Assembly: GCA_051942245.1 (NCBI GenBank)
Contig: JAVECL010000203.1
Location: 1-36,324 of the forward strand
DNA: 36,324 nucleotides
Direction: 5' to 3'
From: Trypethelium eluteriae
Taxonomy: Eukaryota
The position numbers and the translations under genes were made by a program. Shown piece after piece: positions 11,474 to 22,908 of this stretch. Each line of letters opens with the position of its first letter. The stretch's first letter is position 1. The notes under the pieces were generated by a model. The model searched no databases and was not told the origin of the DNA. It saw nothing but the letters and a program-made list of their open reading frames with translations.

Positions 11474-12103
11474 TTAGATCATTAGTCGCTCGACCTTGTC
11501 CTTTAGGCTTCTTATCTGGCCCATGAGATCGCTGGCCTCGCTCGTGGTTATGGAGACAGAGACGACTGCGCGGCTCACGCCTGCTGCCCTCCCCAAACTC
11601 ATTTTGGAGGGGATATAGACGTAAGGTACGTTCTTGTCCCTGCGAAGGCATTAGTACTTGTCATAACAGAAGTACCCGCGGGTTACAGACTCGCAAAGGA
11701 GAGGCAAGTGTAAGATGATCGCGAGGGGTGTTGCATCTGCAGCCAGCACGATACTAGCATGTCGTTAGCTTTACAAAAGATACGTTGGTGCGAGAATTTA
11801 CAGTTCACTTGTGCCTCTATTTAATGTTTTCGTAGCTTCGTTTGCTCCTTTCTTAAGCTGTCTGCGAGAGCTTAGAATAACTCGTAAAGCAAAGATGTGG
11901 ATGCCAAACCTGTAATTTTGTGCTTGTTGGACGATATCAAGGATCTCTTGCTGAAGATATAAAGTCAGAAGCGGGCGCATGTAACTCAAGTACGAAGTCT
12001 TACGCTCAAGGCTTCTGTAGAACAAATTAGTACGGAGCATGCACAATAAAGGTGTGGAAGGCTCACGGTCAGCGAGAGGCCATGCTGCGCTGGTATCGGC
12101 CAT
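11474..12103 (-). CDS. SNU13: U4/U6.U5 and box C/D snoRNP 15.5K protein (L7Ae family). Model: complement(join(11474..11639,11691..11753,11802..11861,11910..11950,12004..12014,12067..12103)), 125 aa.
   Basis: Spliced product: [125 protein letters not shown]. Five GT-AG introns of 48-53 nt with branch sites; exon total 378 nt. Confidence 0.96.
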
Positions 12104-12765
12104 AGCGGAGGTCGACGCGGATGCTGGCAAGATTACTGTAACCTGCGAAAAGTATCACGGCTTTATAGCTCGCCCTTGGCGCGATGGGGAGGGTTGGAAT
12201 TTGGAACGGGTGTGCGTGGGGAAGATGGAATTCGCGAAAGTTTGCTGGTGAAATTCAGAGCTCGATTCGGCTAATTCAAATATGGAAAAGCGTGGTACCC
12301 TATCTGCGCAAGGGTATGGTGGCACGTGCATCGTCATGGTCTTAAGCGGAAGGCGGTTGGAAGTTAGAACTGACTTAGCGCCTCGGCCAGAAATCTCAGT
12401 ACTCACCATCAAGTGCCAAGTACGGAGTAGGCACACCGCAGCCAAGACACGACATGGAGGAGGCGATCAGGGCCGCGGACGCCTACCACTCAGTATAATT
12501 CTAAAGATCATCCTAGAGGTGCTTAGAGATCACGACTGATCCTCCAGCTGTCACGCCCAGACCGAGCTTCCCGGCCTTGATATGACGAAAATTTCACGCG
12601 AGCACTGTAAGCCGAAGAGCTAGGCCACAAAGCAAAACGGTCTCGGCAAGCTTAGTCTTCTTCTTCCCTATTTGAGCTTTTCCGTGTGTTCGTCTTTCTC
12701 CACAGCATTCCAGTAAATCTTTCCCCGTGCCATTGTTCTCCCCAAAACCTCATCATTTAGCAACC

Positions 12766-13860
12766 ATGTCTGGTATTCCAGTCGACTGGGAGTTTTTCGA
12801 ACATCTGCGCTCCCCACCTGCTATAGTAGCATTCGTCATTATTTTTGTTGCCATCCTCTATGCTGCTCTCCAAGATACTCCCCATGACCCTTTTAAGTCT
12901 CTCCTTTCTCTCCTTTCCCCCAAATTCAACACAGAAATCACATCTCTGCGCATCTATCCTATCAAATCCTGCCGCGGCATCCCTGTCACTTCTCGCAAAC
13001 TTCTGAAAACAGGCCTCTTTCTTGATCGCAACTGGATGTTCGTTGACGCCGCTACCAACAAATTCATCACCATTCGTCAGCACAGCAAAATGACGCTTAT
13101 CGATACGGCCCTCTCTGACGACCAGCTTCACATCTCCATCCGTGGAACCGGAACCCAGATCTCCATCCTCGCCCCGCCACCCCTAGAATGGCTGCAGGAG
13201 AACTGCGTCCTATGCTCCGACGTCGAGATCTGGGGCGACAAGACCGACGCCTGGATGTATCCCGCCGATCTCACCAAACCCTTCGGCGCCCTTCTCGGCG
13301 CCGAGATCCGCCTCGTCTATAAAGCCGCTTCCCAACCACGCCTCTGCGACGCGAACGGCTCCCCCGAGCTGCTCGGCCGCATGCAGAACCACCACTTCGC
13401 CGACATGATGAGCGTGCTCGTCGGGTCCGAGGCCTCTCTCGCCGAGCTCAATAGGCGCCTCGCCGCGGGCGGCCATGATGAGCTGACTATTGAGCGGTTC
13501 CGCCCGAATATCATCGTGCGAGGGGGCGAGCCCTGGAGCGAGGATCGCTGGAAGCGGTTACGGATTTACACGCCGGGTGTGAGGACGTTCGATCAGTCCT
13601 TGAAGTTGGATTGTCCGGCGAGGTGTCTGAGGTGCCAGGTGCCGAATGTGAATCCTGAGACGGGGGTAAAGCATGATGCACAGCCGTGGAAGACGTTGTG
13701 TGAATATCGGCGGATTGATCTGGGCTTCAAGGGGAAGCCCGTATTTGGGATGTTGTGCGTGCCGGCAAATGAGGGGGTGATAGAGGTGGGAATGCGATTG
13801 GAAGTCGTGGAGACCACGGGAAAGCATCATTACACAGTAGCCCATTTCAAGGATCTTTAA
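12766..13860 (+). CDS. MOSC-domain molybdenum cofactor protein (mARC/YcbX-like: MOSC_N + MOSC) with N-terminal transmembrane anchor
   Basis: Motifs LRIYPIKSCRG, DRNWMFVD, IERFRPNIIVRG, PWSEDRWK, CLRCQVPNVNPETG, FGMLCVP...IEVGM. Hydrophobic helix AIVAFVIIFVAILYAAL. ATG in CAACCATG context. Divergent from SNU13. Confidence 0.92.
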   Translation: MSGIPVDWEFFEHLRSPPAIVAFVIIFVAILYAALQDTPHDPFKSLLSLLSPKFNTEITSLRIYPIKSCRGIPVTSRKLLKTGLFLDRNWMFVDAATNKFITIRQHSKMTLIDTALSDDQLHISIRGTGTQISILAPPPLEWLQENCVLCSDVEIWGDKTDAWMYPADLTKPFGALLGAEIRLVYKAASQPRLCDANGSPELLGRMQNHHFADMMSVLVGSEASLAELNRRLAAGGHDELTIERFRPNIIVRGGEPWSEDRWKRLRIYTPGVRTFDQSLKLDCPARCLRCQVPNVNPETGVKHDAQPWKTLCEYRRIDLGFKGKPVFGMLCVPANEGVIEVGMRLEVVETTGKHHYTVAHFKDL

Positions 13861-14349
13861 GAGGAGAGTTATTCCGCTGTTTGACGCGACTTGTAGTTTT
13901 TGAGCATTGGATGACTGATGATCCACGTGATGGCATGAATTTATTGTTTTGGCACAATGTGCAGTTAGTATAGCACACACTAAAGCCCTTCGCTCTTCTC
14001 ATGCCATGTGGATGAATAGGTGTGGAAGTACAGGTTTCGACATTGACGGACTAGTCGTTATCTACCTACGATGTCGCTGCTATCGTACCACTACTTAGTT
14101 CCAGTGCGATGATACGAGATAATGCGCCGCTGATCCGCCCAAAAAAATTAAGATTGTGACCAGAAAATACAAGTTTTGAATCAGAGACAGCCGAATGATC
14201 ACCTGCAGCTGTCGGTTATCCTAGTTTGTCTCGCTTTGTAACCTAAGCTTGGACATTGACATATTGTAAATGCAATATTCACTGCCTCTTGTTCCTTGAG
14301 ATTAATGTTGCGGCCAGATCGCTAGTGGGTAATGAAGAGGAGCCCCCGT

Positions 14350-15225
14350 CTAGCAGGTCGCGTCTTGGCCTGCGCGCGAGTTCATGAGCAGGGCGACGAT
14401 GAGACCGTAGAGACCTGAACGGTTGCCATTAGTCAAGAAACCTCAATAATATATCAAGAACATGATCATATACCGAGCACTTCAGCGAAAATGAGAATGA
14501 GGATCATCCCAACGAATAACCTTGGCTGTTGAGCTGTACCCCTGACACCGGCATCACCCACGATACCAATGGCGAAGCCCGCGGCCAGACCAGCCAAGCC
14601 GACGGAAAGACCGGCTCCGAGCTGGATAAAGCCTGTAAAGAGCGGTGTTTTCTGTTGAAGGTCATTGGAAATGAGCACCGAAACGACGAGGCCATAGATA
14701 GCAATGATACCAGCCATAATGACTGGGATAATGTCTGGATTCACACATTCAATTAGATTTCATGGTGAACAGCCGGCAAGTATTGAAGAACTCGTACTCT
14801 TGACAATCAAGTCAGGCCGTAGGACACCCATGGCGGAGATACCAACACCAGCTTTCGCGGTACCATAGGCAGCACCGAAGCAGGTGAAGACGATGGCTGA
14901 GGTGCAGCCCATCGCACCGAAGAATGGCTACACATCAAAAATGAATCAGTTCGCGATTCCTGAAGTGTATTCGAAGACGGTGGTCTCGAAGATTCTTTTT
15001 CTTGTGTATTCAGGTGTATTTGGCTGAGACAAACTCACGGCATATACGGGACTGTCAAATCATCCTAATTAGCGTGGTTTCCAAGGAACATATCGGCATA
15101 AAAGTAGAGAGGACCTCTGAGTCACGAGGAGGGGCAAACGTATTCTCGAGAAGGAAAGCTTATCGCAGCCTGTCCTCTCCCGCAGAAGCAGGACTTGTGG
15201 GAACTCACCAAAGATCGGTAGACAT
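14350..15225 (-). CDS. VMA3: V-type H+-ATPase V0 proteolipid subunit c. Model: complement(join(14350..14414,14474..14734,14798..14927,15039..15051,15209..15225)), 161 aa.
   Basis: Spliced product: [75 protein letters not shown]...[40 protein letters not shown]. Proton-carrying Glu in IFAEVLG. Four GT-AG introns; exon total 486 nt. Confidence 0.96.
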
Positions 15226-17573
15226 TGTGAAAGACGGTCTGAGATAGGCGGGGAGAAGTGCGTTCTCGTAGAAAACTTCAAATGATGGAAGTAGTAGATG
15301 AGACGGACTGGAGGAGCTGGCGACGTAGATGTAGTCGTGGGTGTTGGTGGACGATGATGGGTTGACTGACTGCAAAGTCCAGGTGGCTTTGACTAGAGCA
15401 GCCCACGTGATCGTGGCGGGGATGAGTAAGGCAACCCCTAGCAAACACACTTCATCTCTTCGACACTTCGACACCCACTAAGCCAGGACTCACTGCTGCA
15501 TTCATCCTTGAATTTCAGCGCCATTTGCATCTCTATATCTTGGTGGCCGATGCCTCCATCTCAATGTATAGGAAATACACAGGTTTTGATGTTATCTGTC
15601 CCTTTGACTATGTCTTATTTCGTCGTACATTCCACTCCTTTAACCATAATGCCTGATATCTCATACAATACCCCTTGAAAAAATTAGAAAAGAATGGGAA
15701 CGAAATTATTAATCTCCAGCCTTTTTATCTCATTTTCCCTAAACTTCTATCGCATCGATGCTACCCTGGATCGAGCTGGACCACCATCAGGATTCGGCTA
15801 CTGTGCCGCCATCGACAGGCACAATGCTTAACCGACGAGATTTTCTCCCTATCCCCTCGGTGGATCCCCATTACCGCTATTCAATGCTCTCATATGGGGT
15901 TCAATCCCAAATTAGGGAGTTTGGATCTACACTGTGCATGCTTTGAGGTTTGTCAGTGTTCCTTACAAGTCCCTAGTGAAAGGACTTGCAATACGATCCC
16001 ACGGTCGCGTCGCATTTTTACTGCAAACTCTTCCAATAGACAGCACATTAAAATTTGGACTCTTCTACTATAGTCTTTTTGCTATGGCCAAGTCGGACTA
16101 ATTTAGATACCTAAGCTCACTTATTGCACAGTGTATGTCGCGGTCTGATATATGCCAAATTAGACTTCTTCCGCAATTTAAAGATGTGAATGGCTAAATA
16201 GTAGCAGGTCTGCCAGACGAGACAATCCGGGAATCGAGACTGTATGCCAGGATAGAAACTCTCTCCCGTATACCAGGGTACGAATGGAATGGTTTCCAGC
16301 ACGTGCTATATCTCTGTCATTGTATGACACTGGTCCTTTCGTGAGTGTGATATTCATTCGGTGTCATGTATGACGAAGGGAGGAGGAACCTCGCGCAATC
16401 AACAATAACAAATCTCACTATGAACTCAATACGATCCTAGCCCGAACTGGTCGATTCTGATCCTCCTAGTTGACTCAATCAACCTTGTCTCAACCTCTCA
16501 CGCGACAATATTGCGCGTTTTGTTGACAATTGAAGACAGGGTTTTCAAGACCTCACAGACTTGACTCTCACCATCTCGATCTAGCCTCATTTTCAAACAA
16601 GAAACGCGGGTCATTCTCTTGCTCAGAAAGACTCACTACGACTCGACTCACACAACTCTCCGAATTCTTATATCGGCCATCCGCGCGTTTGCCTTGCGAT
16701 GGTCTAGACAAAAATTCCGATTCTAACCGCTGATTTGTCGCTTGACCACCCAGTATACTGTGTGCAATTCACCGTCTTCCAAGTGCAAATCTGCTGACCT
16801 GCCAACTGTACGCCACGGCCCGGGTTCCCGCCGCAAGATCACTCAACTTGCGCCCCTCCCAACGCATTATCCGTGCTGAAACCGGTAGAAATAAAGAACC
16901 CCCCGAAATCGGGTTTCCATAATAGGTGCTTGCTCTCCGCGCTTCAGTGATTTGAAGCATAAGGGTCGACCAGCTGATTTGTTTATCCTGCCACGGTAGC
17001 ACTGGACAAGGCAGTGAAAACACGCATATCACACTCGCATCGACTCATTGCTTTGTTGTCAGCGCTTGCTTCAGTGCAGATCACGAAACGCCTGTCACTC
17101 CACTTTCTGCCTACTCGCCTGTCTGATCGTTCTCTACCGACCATAGCTTCTCTCTACCATATCTTCTACCTCAATCATCACATCCTCGACATACTTTATA
17201 GGCCTCTACTACTCCGCAAACGGCGATCGAACATCATCCGAACATCTCTTGCGATTACTCGCTTATCAAGTCTCATCACTAGGCACTCATCGCCTTTATC
17301 TCTCATCCTCACGTGGTTGACTAATTGCTGTTTACCAATCCTCACCTGTATCAGCTTCACGAACAGGCGCGATCACAGAGACGACTTATCTATATCAGTG
17401 CTCGGCCCTCTCGAAGCTCAACTTCTACCATAACTTGCCTACGAGTCCAATCCTCATTTTGAGCTATCGGTTCAATAACTGCATTTGTCTAATAGTCTTT
17501 GTTCAGCAATCCTACCTCAGAGGCTACCACAGCCTACGCATACCACAGATCTTGTATATTTAGTTCTACGCCC

Positions 17574-19532
17574 ATGGCGTCGAATACTTTGAACACCACG
17601 CCTGCCAGGCAGGCAGCAGTGAGCACCGCTGCCGCTGCCCTTGAGTCGGTCAATACCCAATCACCAGTCAACGTCAATTATGGTCTGTCATCTATTGTGA
17701 CGCCGCAATCTGAGAAGGAGACCGAAGCTGATGACGAGATTATGTCCGATGCGACTGACGATGAGGAAGAAGAGACGGAGGAGGAAGCGATCGAACGCGA
17801 GATTGAAGAACTCGTATCAGCCGCAAAGGACGCCTGCCGCTTTATTGAGGATGACGATCGCAACGGCCAAATCCAATGCATGTGCGTCAGCGGCGACACG
17901 TGCGGTACCGGCCAACAGATTTGGCGAAAGGTCATTTCGGATTTTTTCGGTCGGAACAAGAAGAGCGCTCAACAAATTCCGGAGATTTATCAAGTTATCT
18001 GGTGTCGCAAACACTACCAGCGCGGTGCTTACCAGAAGGGTAAACCAGCCGCGGCCGCCACTTCTGGCAAGCAATCCTCTCTCAGCAAGATTACCTGGAT
18101 CGTCGTCCAGTTATTGCTCATAGAAAAATGGCGCCCAGGGTGCAAGTACACCATCTCGTTCTCCGAAAGGGAGAGAAAACGCATCAAAGCTGCCAACGGA
18201 GGTAGAATAACGCAGACTAAGGGCCCCAGAGGCAGAGGCAAAACCGGACGTACCAATGTAAAGACTGAGAGAGATGCTCCTGTTGATGTTGTTATGGGAT
18301 ACGAGCAACATCTTGGGGAGGATAAGAATACTCAAGATTGTCTTCGTGTTGTCAACGAAATGAAGTACGACGTTGAGGAGGATAGGACAATATATCTTCC
18401 TGGAATTGAGTTTCTTCCCGAAGTCGATGACGACTTTGAACTTCCACCACGGGCGAAGAAGACCGGCACCCCCCCTGATAGGCATGACTCTGCTGGCGAA
18501 CAGGATGATCGAGACGACCAAGACGATGAGCAAACTGGTGAAGATAGTAACGACGACAATGGTGGAGGTGGGAGCTTCTTCACAACGATGATGGGCACAC
18601 AAATGAGCTCGCAGGCGTTTAATGGTCTCAAAATGGAGACGCACAGCGCAAATAGCATTCCTGCCAGTCACAGCAGCGCCCCTTCACCTCCCGACAATCA
18701 AATTGTAAGCATTTCCGAAGATAAATCTCGTAGTCATCTCAAAGATAAGGCTTGTCTTATTGCTGACGAAATGACTCAGGGACACGCCAATTCAGCCAGA
18801 GATTGTCCAATGCCTTCTGCTGGCTTTACCGCTATCAACCGACCGAAGGATGAATATCATGGGTGCAAAGACTCAGACTACGAGCTCGAATATGATCCTG
18901 ATGATTACCCCCCTGATGACCCCCGAAATCACATTCGCAAACAAGTTATGCAGATGAGGGAGGAGATCCTAGCTAGAGAAGCCTCGGAAGAATCCAAGAC
19001 ACCGATGGACAATTCCACTCCGTCAACGCCCAGCAGCCCGTGTCCACCTCGTCGTAAGCCAGAAACTCCAGTCTCGATCAGCCCCATTGACGATATAAGA
19101 GCCGTGGACGACCTACTTCGACTTCAGCGTTTTAGTCAGCCGATTAACCCCTATCCATTCATACCTGGCAATTTGCAATCAGCTTCTCTGAAGACTTGCT
19201 CAACCCAAGTTGCACAGAAACATCCGTATCAGAAACTGGATGCATTGTCAGGAGTTGAAAACGATGCTGTCAACAGCCTGCTGTCGCTCAAAAACAGCGC
19301 GGCGGACTTTCGCCCACATTCTGTTCACTCTTTTTCTGAAGATAGGGTGCCTTCCGGTGTCCTGCATTCCACCCGTCGTATCAGCGATCCGACCGACGGT
19401 TCACGTAAGCGTCGCCGTGTCTCGGACGAGGATGAGGATGTTGAAATGGACCGCCGCGGAAGGTCTCCAACTGACCGCCCGATCAAGCGCATCCGAGCTG
19501 TGAGCGGTGAGCGCTCCCTCTACTGGGAATAA
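17574..19532 (+). CDS. Conserved fungal protein of unknown function (often annotated 'ORP1-like'); probable in-frame intron 18705..18779
   Basis: Conserved block C...RKVISDFFGRNK...IP...WCRKHYQR, flanked by acidic and disordered regions. Basic NLS-like segments (RKRRRVSD, RPIKRIR). First in-frame ATG at 17574. Family name recalled from the motif, not searched. Confidence 0.75.
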   Translation: MASNTLNTTPARQAAVSTAAAALESVNTQSPVNVNYGLSSIVTPQSEKETEADDEIMSDATDDEEEETEEEAIEREIEELVSAAKDACRFIEDDDRNGQIQCMCVSGDTCGTGQQIWRKVISDFFGRNKKSAQQIPEIYQVIWCRKHYQRGAYQKGKPAAAATSGKQSSLSKITWIVVQLLLIEKWRPGCKYTISFSERERKRIKAANGGRITQTKGPRGRGKTGRTNVKTERDAPVDVVMGYEQHLGEDKNTQDCLRVVNEMKYDVEEDRTIYLPGIEFLPEVDDDFELPPRAKKTGTPPDRHDSAGEQDDRDDQDDEQTGEDSNDDNGGGGSFFTTMMGTQMSSQAFNGLKMETHSANSIPASHSSAPSPPDNQIVSISEDKSRSHLKDKACLIADEMTQGHANSARDCPMPSAGFTAINRPKDEYHGCKDSDYELEYDPDDYPPDDPRNHIRKQVMQMREEILAREASEESKTPMDNSTPSTPSSPCPPRRKPETPVSISPIDDIRAVDDLLRLQRFSQPINPYPFIPGNLQSASLKTCSTQVAQKHPYQKLDALSGVENDAVNSLLSLKNSAADFRPHSVHSFSEDRVPSGVLHSTRRISDPTDGSRKRRRVSDEDEDVEMDRRGRSPTDRPIKRIRAVSGERSLYWE

Positions 19533-20261
19533 CTCACCATAGCAGACTCGCCGCCCGATATACTAATAGACATGTCTTTCTGGTACGCACTTACCCAGAG
19601 GTCTTGAGGCTCTGACCTGATGCCTGGATGGCGCTCGACTATTGGTGACTGGACTCTATGACAGCAGTACTTGTGTTTCGCATGTACAGCTTGGCATACC
19701 TGAATGATGGAAACTTTGGTAAAATGTATCGTAAAGGGCGATACATGTTCCCCGACTTGAGCTTGGAGAGGAGGGAGACTGAGTTTACCGCAGGAATTTT
19801 GTGGCTATTGTGTGGATGAATTCTTTGTCTTATGAAACCCATTGTCTTTTTTTATCTGCCTTTCAGATGCTCAGTAGCCTCTATGACGGGAGCAACAGTG
19901 CGGTTCCAGAAATGCTTTTGGCGACCTATGTATTGTAGTACCTTGTTAATGTATTGGTTTTGTAAATTCGCGGTGCGCCTCGCCGCACTCTCATTGGTTT
20001 ATCGAATCGGGTTCTCACCAACAAACAGCCAACAGCCAACAGCCCAACAAGCAGAATTTAATTTAGCAAGTTTAACTCCACATAGTAACAATTCTCTAGG
20101 CCCACATTGTGTCTTCCTCAAACTCAATTGCGATCTAGCCAGCTTGCTTCTTGTCATTCTAAGGATACGTCAATCATGGAGCAAATTCTTCATTTTATCG
20201 TGTATCCTCCCGTATTGGACACTTTCTCCGCTTGTTCCTATTTCTTTCTTGCACGAGAATC

Positions 20262-21972
20262 ATGTGGGAAAATATTCAGTATACTTCTCTAAATGGTTCA
20301 AGGTTCGGGCAGCAATTTCGTGATGCGTTCACTAACAAACGGCGAACCCGCTTGGGAGTGGCTGCAATATTCCTTGTCTTAATCATTGGGTTTGCGTGGA
20401 CACGGAATGATCTCGTATGTTTACTTGTTTCTATGATTTCGACGGATCTATTCCTGCTGGGCTTTCGGAGACTGACAGATCCAGCGTGATCGTGCCAGAG
20501 ATGGATATAGAAACGCCGTGGGTGCTTGGAAGGGCACCACGCCGAAGCGATCACAGTTCCATATATATCTTCCAGCGACAGAACCACATACACACCTTTG
20601 TTACTCGACGTTGAGTGCTCGAGTAAATGGGTATCCCACGCCAACGTTGGGCAACTGGGGCTATCGGGGCAAGATAGATGGGAAAAGTGTAAAGATCATT
20701 GGATTTTCTGACTGGCTCAATGGCCTTGACAACACCCACGATGACGACTTAGTCCTACTGATCGATGCTTATGATATTTGGTTTCAACTACGACCGGAAG
20801 TAATGATCAATCGATATTACGATATGATAGATGCAGCAAATTCGCGCGCGAGGAAAAGGTACAAGAACGTACCCGAACTGAGGAATGTGGAGACGAAAGT
20901 CATCTTCTCTGCACAAAAGGAGTGGTGGCCATACGAGCCTTGGGATCCACCAACTTACGTTGTTCCTTACAGTACACTACCCAGCGACTTTTATGGTCCA
21001 GATACGGATACTGTAGGCATTGGTGAAGCGACCTGGCAAAAGATACGTGCCCGATGGTTGAACTCAGGCACAATCATAGGTCCCGTCAAAGACCTCCGCG
21101 ATATCTTTGCTCGCGCCAGAAAGCTGCTAATGGACCCAAAGGCCAAGTACCCCGGGATGGACCAACAAGTTGTCGCTCAAATATTCGGTGAACAAGAGTA
21201 CGTCCGAGAAGCCAAACTCGCCTCACACCCGACCATTCCTCAGCGCCTAGGATTCTGGTGGCCCGAAGGCGAGCCGCCCCGTGTCTCTGTCCCGGATTTC
21301 CATAGAACTGTCTATAATCTCTCCGCCACTGCCCGCTACGAGTACGGTATGAGCCTCGACTACACCGGCCTGCTCGCACCACCTACCGTATCCGCTGAAG
21401 ATGACGCCGTCTGGCTTCGCCACAACGACACATCGACCTTTCTCGGTGCCGACGTCCTTGGACTGCCAGCAGACCATTCGCACTATCCGCCTTCTACACG
21501 CACACACCTCGCTCAGGATATCCTCCGGTCACGGCCGCCCTTTGCTGACGTCCGGAAGCAAAAGTCATCATCATCTCGCAGCAGCAGCAGCGATCGGGAC
21601 TCGGACTCGAAGTCCCTGCACTGGATGACCGTCCCGCTCTTTACCAATCTCTATTCGGGTATCGTCCCTACTATGATTCACCAGAACACGCATCGCTATA
21701 AAGGCCGCCTACGTGACGACACGTGGAACCAGATGTGGTTTTATCCGTATGCGCGGGACCTGTTCACTGCAGCGGTGACGGCGCCGGATGAGCCAGTAGC
21801 AGTGACGAGACGGGGTGGGGAAACTAGGGAGTGGTGGAGTGCGTATCCGGAGAAGGGTGGAGTCAAGACCGCAGAGGGTTTGTGGGTGCCTTGGAGCAGG
21901 ATCTGTAATACAACGTTATTTGATTTCCATGACGGACAGGGTGAGTGGATAAGTCCGCAGAAGGGTGGCTAA
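20262..21972 (+). CDS. Type II membrane glycosyltransferase-like protein (PLOD/LH3 GT-like). Model: join(20262..20414,20485..21972), ~546 aa.
   Basis: Exon 1 encodes a basic tail plus TM (KRRTRLGVAAIFLVLIIGFAW). A 70-nt intron (GTATGT...ACTGAC...CAG) joins it in frame. Motifs DDLVLLIDAYDIWF, VIFSAQKEWWP, WLNSGTIIG and MDQ resemble the PLOD GT pattern (FTDSYD / FSAE..CWP / FLNSG..IG / DDQ). Confidence 0.75.
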
Positions 21973-22908
21973 GGCCAGTAGGTCAAAAGAAGGGTTAAGG
22001 TGTTATGAGTGGAGTAGAGGTGAGAGAGCTTCCAAGATTGTGAGATATGATCAGAGTTGTATCTGGGCTAAGACGTAGCCGGAACTTTAGCTTGGAAATG
22101 ATTAAGCATAGCCAAGCAGAGGTAATGAATATTATTGCTGGAGCCTGAATCGATCTTGACTGGGTGCTCCCTACCATCTGAGAAGACATGAGATCTCGAG
22201 AGTATAATTGAACAATTGGTATCAAATGACAGTGCAGTAAGTAGTCTTGGTCATCCTACAATTTCACCTGGTAATGTCATTTTCCGTTGGACTTGTCGCC
22301 CTTAGCGTATTTGACGTGAGATTATGTAAGCTAGCCAAGCGTGCCAAGGTCCCACGGGCATCTCCAGCCCGAGTCCGTGGGTACACCAGACCAGTCAACA
22401 TTTCATGGACTAAGGTAATCTACGAAATTCCTACTTCCCGTTGCGCTGAGCGTAGATCTATGGATGGGTCGCTGTCGAGTCTGTGTCTCCTTTCCCGTCA
22501 GTTGAGACTAAGCGGCATGCCCTTATTCCGAGCAGAAATGTTTATCATTATCGATCGCCTACGAAGCAAAGGTAGCATGTAGGATGGTGTGGATCCAGCC
22601 GGAGTTGAGGTTAATGATCGGAAGTGGACCATTCTGTGACTGGTGCAGTATCCTTATGAACGACGCTCCAGATCCATCAATCACGATCTCAATTGATCAC
22701 AGGCAAGTACAGGTGGCTACTTAAGTCCGGCAGCAATTGTTCTCGAGCAGGATGTATTACCATTCAGACCACGTTGATGATGAAATTCCTGATAGCTTTG
22801 TGTTTTCTATTCTTGATCAGAACTTGCAAGTGGATGATCCATACCTTCACTACTCACAAAAACCACGAATACTCTCCGCAGATATTATCTCTGCTTGACG
22901 GAGCGAAA

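Noticed and set aside
15675..16300. Short ORFs or possible relic between VMA3 and the ORP1-like gene
   Set aside because: No domain, terminal repeats or coherent exon structure seen.
17014..17433. 139-aa Leu/Ser/Ile-rich ORF
   Set aside because: GTG start and pyrimidine-rich sequence typical of a fungal 5' UTR.
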